A stretch of DNA of 63,130 nucleotides, filler included. It is 14 parts of 14 records of this genome, joined end to end, with 100 filler letters (N's around TTAATTAATTAA, not from the genome) between each part and the next. Parts side by side here need not be neighbours in the genome. Positions count along the whole stretch, not along the records: positions 34,115 to 37,677 come from SRR7504441_23342; positions 37,778 to 42,229 come from SRR7504441_23357; positions 42,330 to 46,727 come from SRR7504441_23382; 11 more parts are not named here. One strand, written 5' to 3'. The notes beneath the pieces are model-generated. The model was not told where the DNA came from. It did not search any database and was given only the letters and a program-made list of their open reading frames with translations. Every line of letters begins with the position of its first letter. The first letter of the stretch is position 1. Positions 34,015 to 44,439 of the stretch are shown one piece after another. A program made the translations under genes and the position numbers.

Positions 34015-34114
34015 NNNNNNNNNNNNNNNNNNNNNNNNNNNNNNNNNNNNNNNNNNNNTTAATTAATTAANNNNNNNNNNNNNNNNNNNNNNNNNNNNNN
34101 NNNNNNNNNNNNNN

Positions 34115-36201
34115 GTCACATTGAGTTGAAACTGCGCAGCTGAGCCCACCTCGGAGAGCTTGGGGAAGTGAGCGCTTGTTTTGAGGAGCTGCCGAAGCGG
34201 CGTCAGCGAGACCGTCTTGGGCCCAGCCACAGCATACTCCCAGGTCGTATAAGAAAGCCCGAAACCGAATGGGATCACTGGCTTTCCGTTGAAGAATCGG
34301 TATGTTCTGCCTGGGTTGAGCCCAAGTGTACAGTTGGCGCTGGGCACCACTGGCTCGTAATATGGATCTGCACATGGTCCTGGGCTATCGGGCCGAGGCC
34401 AGACCGAAGGGCCAGGCCTCATGTTAAAATCAAATGGTGATATTTGATGCTGGTAGCTGACGGGATAAACCATTTGCACCGCACGTCCAGCAGGGGAGCG
34501 CAGCCCAAACAGCAAGTCCGCAATGCCGTGAGTCTGAATGGAAGGCTGACCAGCGTGGAGGATGGCGCCCACCTTCGGATTGTCGATTAGAGGGGTGAGG
34601 TCCAAAGGCACAGCGGAGAGCGTGACAACAATCACAGGCTTTGGGGAAGCCGAGCTCACTGCGGCAACTAGAGCAAGTTGGCCTTCCGAAAACGTGATGT
34701 TGACAGCATCCCGGTTCTCGCAGGCAACACCCGTGTCCGTTCCCAGTACAAGAACTGTGGCTTGAGCCGACCTTGCCATTGCAGCAGCAGTTGGGATTGC
34801 GCTCGTGTCGTCAGAAAGGACACTCGGTACGCCTGTGGCATTGACAATTGTAGCAGAGGTAGCAGATGCAATGGCGTCGATGACCGTGGGGTACTCGCCT
34901 CCACACACCGCAGTTGGGCCGTAATAGCCAGCCATTGACTCTGAAAGGTACGCATTTGGACCTATGACAGCAATCGATTTGATGCTGGAAGCATTGAGCG
35001 GCAGTGCGGAGTTGAGATTCTTGTAAAGAGCTGCGCCTTGGATGACACCCTCGCGAGCAAGCTGAGCAGCTTCGGCTGAACAAATAGCGCTGGTTGGGAT
35101 ACTCTGTAACGGTCCCGGCGGGTCAAAGTGCTGAAGTCTCATTCTCACAGTAAACAAGTTGGCAAGCCGCTGATCAATTGTAGACTCGTTGACTAAACCG
35201 AGTTTGACTGCGTTCATACCGTGCTCGCCTACAAAGTACGAGCAGTCAATGTCCATTCCTGCGCTGAGAGTAGCTGCCACGGCCTCTTCGGCCGTCTTCA
35301 CATAATGGTGCGGCGAGAGCACATTCGCAACTGCGTCGCAGTCCGAGGTAACATACCCGTTGAATCCCCAGGTGTCACGAGCCACAGTCTCGATGAGCCA
35401 CTTATTGGCACAGGTGGGCACGCCGTTCACTGCGTTGTAACTGCACATCAGACTGCTCACTTGTCCTTTCTCCACGCACGCCTGGAAGGGCGCCATGTAC
35501 GAGTCAACCAGGTCTTGCATCGTGATGTTGGGGTCGGCAGAGTACCGTGTGTGGTGCACGCCCGCCACCTTGGAGTCCTCCATCGAATTGGCCACATAGT
35601 GCTTGCAGCAGGCCGAGGCCGACAGGTAACGGTCCTCCTCCGGTAAGTGCTCGAATCCGTGCACGAACGCTGCCGCGTACTCTCCAGACAGCAGAGGGTC
35701 CTCGCCCGCGCATTCCAGATTGCGGCCCCACCTCGGCTCTCTGGCCAGGTTGACCACTGGCGCCCAGTAAGTGCTGTAGGCGTGCCCAGCGTTCATGAAT
35801 GCCCGGGCCTCGCGGGCGATTGCGCCACCGGTGGACCGCCAGAGGGATCGGTTGAATGCTGCCGCAGTGGTGATCGGGAAGGCAAAGTTGGTGGAGGCTG
35901 GTGTGCTCCCGGAGTTGTTCACGTGCGATAGGCCGTGGGTGGCCTCGGACCACCAGTTGTAGGCATTCAGCCCGAGCGACACAATCCCGGGCGACTGGGT
36001 GTCGAGGCTGGCGATCTTCTCGGCAAGTGTCATCCTCGAGATCATGTCGGCCACCCGTGCGGGCACCGGGAGCGTGGCGTCGCACCAGGGCAGCCCCGAC
36101 TGGTTTGTCGGGCCTATGCACGGATTGTTGAGTGGCTGCATCGGAGCGCCGGCAACCGCGCCACCAACCAGCACCACAACACCCACAGCAAGGAGCGTCA
36201 T
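34115..36201 (-). CDS. Secreted GH3 beta-xylosidase/arabinofuranosidase (BXL-like), 3'-truncated, intronless
   Basis: YNWWSEATHG, NLAREPRWGRNLECAGEDP, CCKHY, MCSYNAVNGVPTCA, GYVTSDCDAV (nucleophile), GRTYRF, FGFGLSYT. Signal peptide from ATG 36201. Confidence 0.95.
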
Positions 36202-36327
36202 TCGGCGCCGCACCACCGTGCCTGTCCGCTGCGTTCTTCGCGGCGAGCATTGCCCGCCCCGCGCGGTACTGCTCCTTGACATGCTCTACGAGCTCGCAAG
36301 CTGCGGAGGGGGGAGCTCGCCGGTATG

Positions 36328-36346
36328 CCGTTATTAAAGACCGTTA
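36328..36346. promoter_or_regulatory. Two tandem CCGTTA (TAACGG) motifs in a bidirectional promoter
   Basis: ccgttattaaagaccgtta, between the divergent GH3 and pseudokinase ATGs. Confidence 0.6.
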
Positions 36347-36375
36347 TTGGGTCGGCTCCGGCCGGCAAGCTCTCC

Positions 36376-37569
36376 ATGGGTAACCAGCCGTCTCAGGGTG
36401 CTGCCGGTGAGTCTGCCGGGCCCGAGCCCTGCCTGGCCCCGAGGCTGCAGCCGGTGGTGCGCGGCGACCCACAGCGGGCGTATCAGTTCGGGAAGGAACT
36501 CTGGCGGGACAACTCGTCGCTGGTCCACCTGGTGACCGCGCGGCGCCCCGGCGGCCCTGCCGGGAGCCTGGCGTGCACAAGCCTGGCCAAGGGCCTGCGT
36601 CTGCCGGAGGGGTTGGTCCTGCGGCTGCTGCGCTCGGCCGATTGTGACGGACTGGCTACTGTGGTCGAGTTGTACGACCGCGGCGGGCAGCAGCATGTGA
36701 TCAGCCGGCACCCGGTGCAGCCGGCGGGCCAGCCGGCCGACCTGCATCAGTGGGCGTTTGGGGGGCAGTCGCTGCATCGGGCCTGGTCGGACGGGCACCA
36801 GGCGACGGCCCGGATTGTTATGGCGGCCGCCCGGGCGCTGCTGTTCCTGCACCGGCAGATCGGGATCCCGCACGGCCGCCTCTGCCCAAACAACGTTATG
36901 CTCGGGTGCAATGCGCGGCAGCAGCTGTACCCGGTGCTGTTCGGGTTTTGGGTGCCGTTCTCGCGGGGGGAGGCGCGGAGCGGGCTCACTTTCCATGGCC
37001 ACGTGTCGCCCACCTGCGGGTTCACGGCGCCCGAGCTGCTCAGGGCACTGCACGAGGGCACACAGCTCGACCTGGCCACTAGTTTCAAGTCCGACGTCTT
37101 CTCTCTCGGAGCTGTGCTCTTCACCTGCCTCGCGAGAGAGACCCCTTTTGGCACAGGCGCCGGCGCAGATGTGCGCGCGCTGCGACAGCCTGTAGAGTTC
37201 TCCTGCGCGCTTTGGCGGCGGGTGTCGCAGGCAGGCCAGGCGCTGGTTAGGGGGATGCTCGAGCCGGACCCGGAGCTGCGGCTGGGGCTGGCGCAGGTGG
37301 TGGACCATCCGTGGCTGATTGAACTAGGCCAGCCGGAGCTGTTCCGGTACTATTGCCGCTCGATCGACCGGCTCTTCTGGAACGATCCGGGGCGGCTGGA
37401 TGGGTGTAAGGTGGAGGTGATTGCTATGATCGAGCGCACGGAGCGCGCTGATCGACATCGGTGGCTATGGAACATTCAATTGATGAATAAGCATAGAAAG
37501 ATCCCAGAGTGCCCGTACGCGCTCTGCCGGATGATATGGCAGTTTACGTTCGGATTGCGCCATTTATAA
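36376..37569 (+). CDS. CAMK-like pseudokinase with a possible N-myristoylation start (MGNQPS)
   Basis: The C-lobe is intact (APE, SDVFSLG, LVRGMLEPDPELRL...HPW), but HRD is replaced by HGR and DFG by LFG. Confidence 0.8.
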   Translation: MGNQPSQGAAGESAGPEPCLAPRLQPVVRGDPQRAYQFGKELWRDNSSLVHLVTARRPGGPAGSLACTSLAKGLRLPEGLVLRLLRSADCDGLATVVELYDRGGQQHVISRHPVQPAGQPADLHQWAFGGQSLHRAWSDGHQATARIVMAAARALLFLHRQIGIPHGRLCPNNVMLGCNARQQLYPVLFGFWVPFSRGEARSGLTFHGHVSPTCGFTAPELLRALHEGTQLDLATSFKSDVFSLGAVLFTCLARETPFGTGAGADVRALRQPVEFSCALWRRVSQAGQALVRGMLEPDPELRLGLAQVVDHPWLIELGQPELFRYYCRSIDRLFWNDPGRLDGCKVEVIAMIERTERADRHRWLWNIQLMNKHRKIPECPYALCRMIWQFTFGLRHL

Positions 37570-37777
37570 GAGCAACTCTCGCTTGTAATCGCTATTGAAT
37601 TACTATTAAAAACTGTCGATATCTCAACCCATCGGATGTAATCGGAGCCTGAAAATGCTCGGATATGCAGATGACACNNNNNNNNNNNNNNNNNNNNNNN
37701 NNNNNNNNNNNNNNNNNNNNNTTAATTAATTAANNNNNNNNNNNNNNNNNNNNNNNNNNNNNNNNNNNNNNNNNNNN

Positions 37778-39407
37778 GCAGCCGTCCTCCCAGTTCCACC
37801 AGTGGGCCTCAGAGAATGGGGACGCGTACGGGCTGTCCTTCCCCTCTGTCGGGGAGGCGGAGCAGCTGGCCAAAGGGGTGGAGCGGGTGTTGCTGGGGCT
37901 GCAGCACCCCGAGACCGCGGGTGGGGCCAGTCCGGACGATCCAGTGCCGCTCGGGCTGCCGTCGCCGCAGAAATTTCCGATCACGCGGCGCGAGTGCGTG
38001 TCGACAGACGAGGCCTGGCGGCAGGCCGAGACACAGCTGCGGATCACTTATCCGGCCCGGCTGCGACAGGGGCTGCAGGTGCAAGGGGTTACCGAGCTGG
38101 TGAGGGAGGCGCACCTGCGCGAGTTCGAAAGCCGTTACCGTGAGTTCGCCATGGCCGACCTCTGGCTGGCCGCGAGCGACGTCAGCGCGGAGCGGGTGAG
38201 CCGAGAAGGGCTTCAAGCACTCGGGGCCAGCATGCTCGGGCTGGGCGTGCCGTTGGGGATTTATCTGCTGGACCGGGAGGAGCTGGGCCAGGCCGCCGCC
38301 CGGCAGATGGTGCTCTGCCGCGTGGTCCTGGCCCGCTCGCTCCCAATATCAGAGGACGCGATCGGGTCAGTGCGAGAGGCCTCGGGGCTGCCAGTAGGCT
38401 ACCACAGCTACGCAGTGACCCCATCGGCCGAGTCGGAGACGTCGGACGACCTGCCCACCGGGCTGTTCGAGCACTTGTACTTGCTCCCGCAGCCGCACCT
38501 AGTGCTGATGACCCACTCAGTACGATTCCAAGTCAACACCGATCTGGAACCGCACCTACATCCGCGGATCGAGACCCCGGCCATGTCGCTGCTAGCCGCG
38601 CACCCCGAAGTGCTCTCGGCCGCCGACCGCGAGACCATCTTCGCAGTGTGCTCGCCTCAGGTGGCTGGCCGGGCTGTAGATCGGGCTGACCTGCTGTGGG
38701 CAGAGCAAGCAGGCGACTGCAGGGATGCGCACCGAGCGGGACTTGTCGCACGTAGTGGACCTCTCTTACCAGGCCATGTGGGACGAGCTGAACGCGCTCA
38801 CGGCCACCCAGAAGGAGCTCGAACTGAACATCAAGGTACTAGCAGCCCGGCCGTGAGCCTGACTATATATATTCAGGAGTTCAAGGGGAGCGTGGATCAG
38901 TTCAAATCGGCCTCCTGGCTGTGCGTCCAACGGCTGCAGGACGAGATGGTCTCGTACCTGGGCCACTCGGGCCAGGTGCTGAGAATGCCGCTGGGCCCCG
39001 CTCAGGCGTGTCTAGGTGCTGCAAGTGTTCCGAGATCGCAAGTTCGAAGTGAACCGCGCGCTGTCGGACGTGGCGCGATTCCAGGAGCTGTTCATGTTCC
39101 ATCAGCACACGTGCACCACCCCGGAGCTGCTGTGCTGCTGGCGGCACCTGAACGTGATGTGGGACCGGCTCGCGGACGAGATTGAGTGCGCTGCGGGCTG
39201 GTTGGGTGCGAGTGCCGGGGCAGGCGGCTGACGATGCGGCCGGAGGTGGACCCCAAGATGATGACACTGACGGAGTCCAACAAGAAGATGATCAGCCTGC
39301 AGCGGAAGGTGAGCCTGCAGGATGAATTGATAGCGAGGGTCTCTGAGAAGCTGAGTGAGAGAGGGATCTTGCTTCCCGAGGATTTGAACATCGTCGCCGA
39401 CATCTGA
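37778..39407 (+). CDS. Protein with a degenerate PARP/ART-like domain and C-terminal coiled coil, 5'-truncated, spliced
   Basis: GIYL...QMVLCRVVLAR...LPVGYHSY...HLYLLPQPHLVLMTHSVRF follows the order of PARP catalytic-domain motifs. Terminal exon ends ADI* at 39407. Confidence 0.55.
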
Positions 39408-39555
39408 TCAATGCCGGGTGACACTTAACGAGATAGAGTAGACATTCGTCGCTTTGCTTGGAGATGAGAATAGTTATGAAATATCTATCTACCAGGTATG
39501 CGTAGCGAACGGTGCACGGGTGCATAGCATGAAAACGTCGATTGATTACAGTGCT

Positions 39556-40657
39556 TCATACACTATTGACGGCCATCAACTGTGTCTCTAAGGCTAAAAC
39601 TTGCTCCTCGATCGCCCCCCGACTCTCTAACTTGGTCATTTGATTGGCCTGCAACGTCTCGCCTCGCTCCACTGCCTGGCTCAGCTTTTTGATTTGGTTT
39701 AGCTTCTTCCTCAGCCCAGCAAGCTTCTTCCGGAGTGCCTCTTGCTCAGAGCTCTGACCAGATCGCTTGCTCTGATTCGCTGGCTTCGCCCGGCCAGCCT
39801 GCGGGCCGTTCCTGCCTCCAGCTGCGTCCTTCCGCTCTGTTGGCTGTGGCGGGGTCTCTAGTTGGCTAAAGGTGTCTGCAGCGGTATGTTCAAACAGCAG
39901 CACTAGACTCAGCGCAGCACACGACTGTGGGCCGAGTGCCTGCAACCGCAGTGAGCACTGCGCACCCGGCAAGGCGCACCTCGGCCAGCGCTTGGATCAG
40001 CTCGGCCAGTGACTGGCTCTCTTGGACAGCCAGGTGCACCGGAGGCAGGGTTTCTGAGAGAATCACCTGCAGGCTGACGCAGGCCCTCTTGTCCTCTGCC
40101 ACGCACACAGTCCAGCAGGTGTGCACCACTTGGGAGGGCTCGAGCTGGACCCGGGCGTTGTTCGGACTGCAGCACATCCCGCCCTTTTGGGAATGAACCG
40201 ATATGCGCATCGGACTGAGAGCATTGATCGGCATGTCAACCTTGGCCAGCGCACCCAGCCCTGCGCCTGGGAAGGTGAAGCAGCCCATCTCGAACTGGCC
40301 CATCAGCCGCTGCCCTGGGAGCACGGCCGGGTACGCCCAGCCGTGATGTACTAGGTTGATCGTCCGGCCGCTCCGCTGGACGATGTCAGACATGTCCGAT
40401 ACCACCGCGAAGCACTCGACCTCCAGCGCCCCGGCCTCCGAGAGCGCCACCTGCACCTGAGCCGGGAGCCCGTCCGGCTGGGCCTGGACAGCGGCCAGGA
40501 TGTCGGCCCTCGGGAAGTCGCCGCCGTAGAAGCAAGGCTGCGGGAACCCGAACAGCGAGATGATCGGGCTGAACCGGTCGGACAGCCGGCCCGCACAGGC
40601 CGAGGTGCTGCCGAAGAACGCCAGCCCGGTCCCGGGCTCACGCTCTGCCGCGGCCAT
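39556..40657 (-). CDS. Hypothetical protein with a C-terminal PYM/eIF2A-tail-like helical hairpin; one 40-nt intron
   Basis: EALRKKLAGLRKKLNQIKKLSQAVERGETLQANQMTKLESRGAIEEQV. A GT-AG intron joins ORFs 39890-40657 and 39556-39972. Confidence 0.6.
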
Positions 40658-40763
40658 GACCGACAGAGGTGGCTGTCACACAAGCCTGGTGCTGTTCCGT
40701 TGGTTGAAAAAAAAGCCGGACGAAAAGCCGCACTGCGCAAGCGGGGGTGAACTGAAAAGCAGG

Positions 40764-42062
40764 ATGCTGGAGCTGGCAGCGGGGGTGCTTGCTGCTGGGT
40801 CCGCTGCGGCGGTGCTGGGTGGGTTGTACCGTCACCGGCCGCTGCCGGACGCGGGTGACCTCTCGGCGGCTGGGCTGACCGCCCCGCGCCACCGGGTGCG
40901 GGCCGATTCTCTGCTGGTCCGTGCCGGGCGGGCCGGTGTCATCCTCGGAACAGTGGCGGCGGCCAAGACGTACATGAGCTGCTGCCACCGGCTGCAGGCA
41001 GCCCGGGGCCCGGCCACCAGCGAGTGAGGGTTCAGGTGATCCGGGACAGCCGGTGGCGGCGGTGGCGCGAGGCGGTGGAGGGCCGGGCAGCCGGGACCGG
41101 ATTGGTGACGGTGTGCAACCACCAGTCGATGCTGGACGATCCGGTGCTGATGAGCGCGGTGCTGCCCTGGTCGGTGGCGTTGCGGCCGGCCAAGATGCGC
41201 TGGGGGATCTGCCGACAGGTTCGGCCCAGCCCCCGGGCCTGCTGACCGGTCCTCAGGATATTTGTTTCGAGGACCTCCCTTGCGAGCGCTGCTTCCAGAC
41301 ATACTTCGGGGCGGGCAAAGCGCTCCCGATCGTGCGCGGGGGTGGGATCGACCAGCCTTACCTTCACGACATGTGCCGGTTGCTGGGCGCGGGCGACTGG
41401 GTGGCTGAGCCCCACACGGGCGTGAGAGAGGGGCAGGTCCATGTATTCCCGGAGGGAAGAATCTGCCAGACCGGCCAACTGGGTGCCGGGCGGCGTGAGC
41501 CGTGCCGAGGATGCCGGACAGGCCACACTGAGAGCTGGCAGCCGCGGTCTGAAGCGAGCGTGGCGAGGAACGGTCGCCTCAAGTGGGGGGTGGCCAAACT
41601 GGTGGCGCACGCGCGGGGGTGCCTCCATTGGCTGGCTGGGGGCGATAGGGCTCAGGTCGCCGTTGATTATCCCGTGGCACCACGAGGGGATGGACTGGAT
41701 CCTGCCCCAACACGACCGGCTAGACCAGACTGGACAGTTTGACAATTCGCTCCTCTCTGTAACCCGCCTGCCGTATCGGTCTGAGTGCTGGGCAGCCGGT
41801 GCCGCGATGGGGCGGTCGGGTGCGGGTGCGGTTTGGGGATCCGGTGGAGGTGGCCGACCTGATTGAGAAATTCGAAGCCAGCGGCCGGGCGCTCCGGCGG
41901 TGGGCAGGCAGGGCGGCTGAGGGGCAAGCGGAGCGCGAGCAAGCCGAGTGGCAGTCAAGCCGGCTGGAGCGCCGGCTGTACGCGGCGATCATGCGCCGGC
42001 TGGAGCGGGCGATGCTCGACCTGCAGGAGGAGGCGCTCGCAGATACTCCGCTCGAGCGCTGA
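40764..42062 (+). CDS. TAZ: Tafazzin (cardiolipin transacylase), at least 5 short introns
   Basis: TVCNHQSMLDDP (HxxxxD), MRWGIC, GDW|VHVFPEGR, LKWGVAKL, HHEGMD, VRFGDPV. Introns at 40998-41035 (GC-AG), 41219-41256, 41401-41436, 41619-41655 and 41759-41795. Confidence 0.92.
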
Positions 42063-42492
42063 GCCAGTTGATGCTATAACAGATATACCGTATAGATACC
42101 GTATTATTGACTTTGTGTAACCAGGAATCTGGATGGTGAATTTTATAGTTACACAGTGTAGACACTGACGCGCACCTAGTTTAATTCAAGCCACGTTAAT
42201 TAAAGCCAACGAGCCGCTCGTCTTTTATCNNNNNNNNNNNNNNNNNNNNNNNNNNNNNNNNNNNNNNNNNNNNTTAATTAATTAANNNNNNNNNNNNNNN
42301 NNNNNNNNNNNNNNNNNNNNNNNNNNNNNGGGGGGGGGGGGGGGCACCCTCCCCTAATGCAGCTCCTGCTGCGCAGCCACAGCATGTCCAGTGCCCCACA
42401 GCTTAGAATACGTAGTCGTACTGTGGTCGCACCATATGATCGGTACAAACGTCAACAATATCAATCGTAAATCAATTGAAATGATCGCGAAA

Positions 42493-43233
42493 CTAAAGTT
42501 TAGCGGCAGTCGATATATTCGTGATCTTGGCTCCTGTGCTTTGCACCTGTTTCAAGACTAGCAGTGCTAGATCCGACTCGCTGATGCTGGTGCTGTCCGT
42601 GCCGTACAACCGTGCGACCTTCTTAGCAAGCACCGCCATCCGGTCCCGGAGCCACGGAGCGTCGCCATGCGGGCCTTCACTGAACGGCAGCACTAGCCCC
42701 AAGAACTGGACATCTACACCGGCCCCTAGCGGATAGATGGCCCGCAAGCTGCTCTCTTCTAGTGTGAACACAAGCATCTGATCTAGCTGCTGACCTGTCC
42801 GGAGCTTCCGGCCTGGGTGGCCAAACACGATCATCTCGCAGCCTGGTTTATCCTCGAGCAGCGGGAGCGAGGCGATCCCAGGCAGCCAGCCGTGGCCGTT
42901 GGACACAGCGATCGCGTAGGCGCCGGCCTCAGCAGGGACGCACTCCAGCGACCCGAGGCCGGACCTCCGACTGTCTCCGGTCTCCGCCTGGTGCAAATTG
43001 CGCGCCAGCTCACGCACAGCGTCGTCCGGTGCAAAGTCCAGCCGGAGGGAGGACCCGCCAGCTTCTGCTACGGTGGCGGTGGTGTAGGCTCGGACTGAGG
43101 CGCGCACTCCTCCCCCGGCCGCCTGCTGCAGCTCCGCAACGGCCAGCATCCCGGCGAACGCTGCCGGTGGGACCGACAGCGGGTAAGTGAGGCTCTCTCG
43201 CCGCCGCGCATCGAGCTCCACGACGTGCTGCAT
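42493..43233 (-). CDS. Hypothetical protein with C-terminal PTS1 (-AKL)
   Basis: Single open frame from ATG 43233, ending STAAKL*. TAACGG lies 28 bp upstream. Confidence 0.6.
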   Translation of the reverse strand: MQHVVELDARRRESLTYPLSVPPAAFAGMLAVAELQQAAGGGVRASVRAYTTATVAEAGGSSLRLDFAPDDAVRELARNLHQAETGDSRRSGLGSLECVPAEAGAYAIAVSNGHGWLPGIASLPLLEDKPGCEMIVFGHPGRKLRTGQQLDQMLVFTLEESSLRAIYPLGAGVDVQFLGLVLPFSEGPHGDAPWLRDRMAVLAKKVARLYGTDSTSISESDLALLVLKQVQSTGAKITNISTAAKL

Positions 43234-43502
43234 CCTGGTCAAGCCATGGGGTGGTCAAAGTAACGGACCAAAGACCTCACAGCCTCCCGGCTGATGTTAG
43301 AAGTGTAATAAAGCCCTTTGAGTGCCAAAGGGAGGTCCAAAGTAGTTCCAAAGCCGGTGGTCTATCATTGCGGCTTCAATAGCAGCACCGCATTAGACAA
43401 CTATGAGCATAAAATTCCAATCGATACACACGTCGTGCATTGTGCACCTTCTCAAAACATTCGGATGCCTATGAGTGTGATAAACAGGTGCATGGTTATG
43501 GA

Positions 43503-44378
43503 TTAGAGGGATGGGGTCACAATTGGTTCAGTTGTCGCCTTAATAGTCTCGGGCTTGCAGAGCTCCATTCTGATGCCTTGCCCGACTGCGGCGCACTCGG
43601 CGTCCAGGTTGCAGAAGAAGAAGACGAGCAGCAGCACGGTGAACCCCATTCTGTAGCTGGCCAGCTCGCCGGGCATCCCGCTCCCGCCCTCGGCCACCGC
43701 CAGCTTGGCCTCGCGCTCGACCACATCGAAGTTAATCCTGTCCAGCGCCAGCTTGACCACCTCGGCCAGCCGGGCCCGGTCGGCCAGCCTTTGGTAGAAC
43801 TGTAGCTGCTTGGCCGGGTCCAGCCGCCAGTCCATGTGCAGCGCCCCGCCGTGCATCGAGCCGGTGGACGACATGAGCATGTCCACCGCCAGGTTGCCCA
43901 TCACGTGCAGCAGGTTCACCAGCAGCTGGCGCTCCAACGGCCCAGGCAGCACCCGCGGGGCCACCCGCCCGTCCTCAGCCAGCAGCCGCGCCACCGGCTC
44001 AAGCAGCTCAAACGGCGGCCCGATCCGCCGGTGGGTCAGCCCCTGCGCGCCGGGCTGGAGATGGAACCGGATCGGATGGCCCACCAGCGAGCTTTGGGCC
44101 CCCGGGGCGTTCCAACCAGTCAGGGTGCTCTCGATCAGCGCCACCGCCTGCTGCACCACCGCCTTGTACAGCCCCCTCTCCCAGGCGGGCGGGGCTGTGG
44201 TCCCGAGCCCCAACGGCAGCTGGAGCAGCTGCTGGTCGCGGAGCAGCTCGGACACGTAGCGGTCGATCGGGTCCTCGCTCGAAGGCACCGAGGCATGCGA
44301 GCTGCTGCAGCAGCCCCGCCGCCCACCCGCCACCGCCGCCACCACAGCCACCGCCCGAGGCACAGCCCCTCGCCACAT
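43503..44378 (-). CDS. Hypothetical protein with a possible organellar presequence and three copies of an approximately 65-aa repeat
   Basis: Arg/Ala-rich, acid-free N-terminus. Repeat pattern I(D/E)xxVxxLLxD...P...ERxLY/L...GHxIxxxL. Confidence 0.65.
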   Translation of the reverse strand: MWRGAVPRAVAVVAAVAGGRRGCCSSSHASVPSSEDPIDRYVSELLRDQQLLQLPLGLGTTAPPAWERGLYKAVVQQAVALIESTLTGWNAPGAQSSLVGHPIRFHLQPGAQGLTHRRIGPPFELLEPVARLLAEDGRVAPRVLPGPLERQLLVNLLHVMGNLAVDMLMSSTGSMHGGALHMDWRLDPAKQLQFYQRLADRARLAEVVKLALDRINFDVVEREAKLAVAEGGSGMPGELASYRMGFTVLLLVFFFCNLDAECAAVGQGIRMELCKPETIKATTEPIVTPSL

Positions 44379-44439
44379 CTCGCCGGCTGCAGCGGGTGAC
44401 GGGCAAACGGAACAACCCGGCGGGAAATTGGGCCGAAAG

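Noticed and set aside
42330-42344. Poly-G run as a G-quadruplex or telomere
   Set aside because: It sits at a contig edge and is most likely a homopolymer assembly or sequencing artefact.
24743-44439. Spliced-leader trans-splicing suggested by AG directly before several ATGs
   Set aside because: AAG/CAG-ATG is adequately explained by start-codon context. There are no pyrimidine tracts or polycistronic arrangement to support it.
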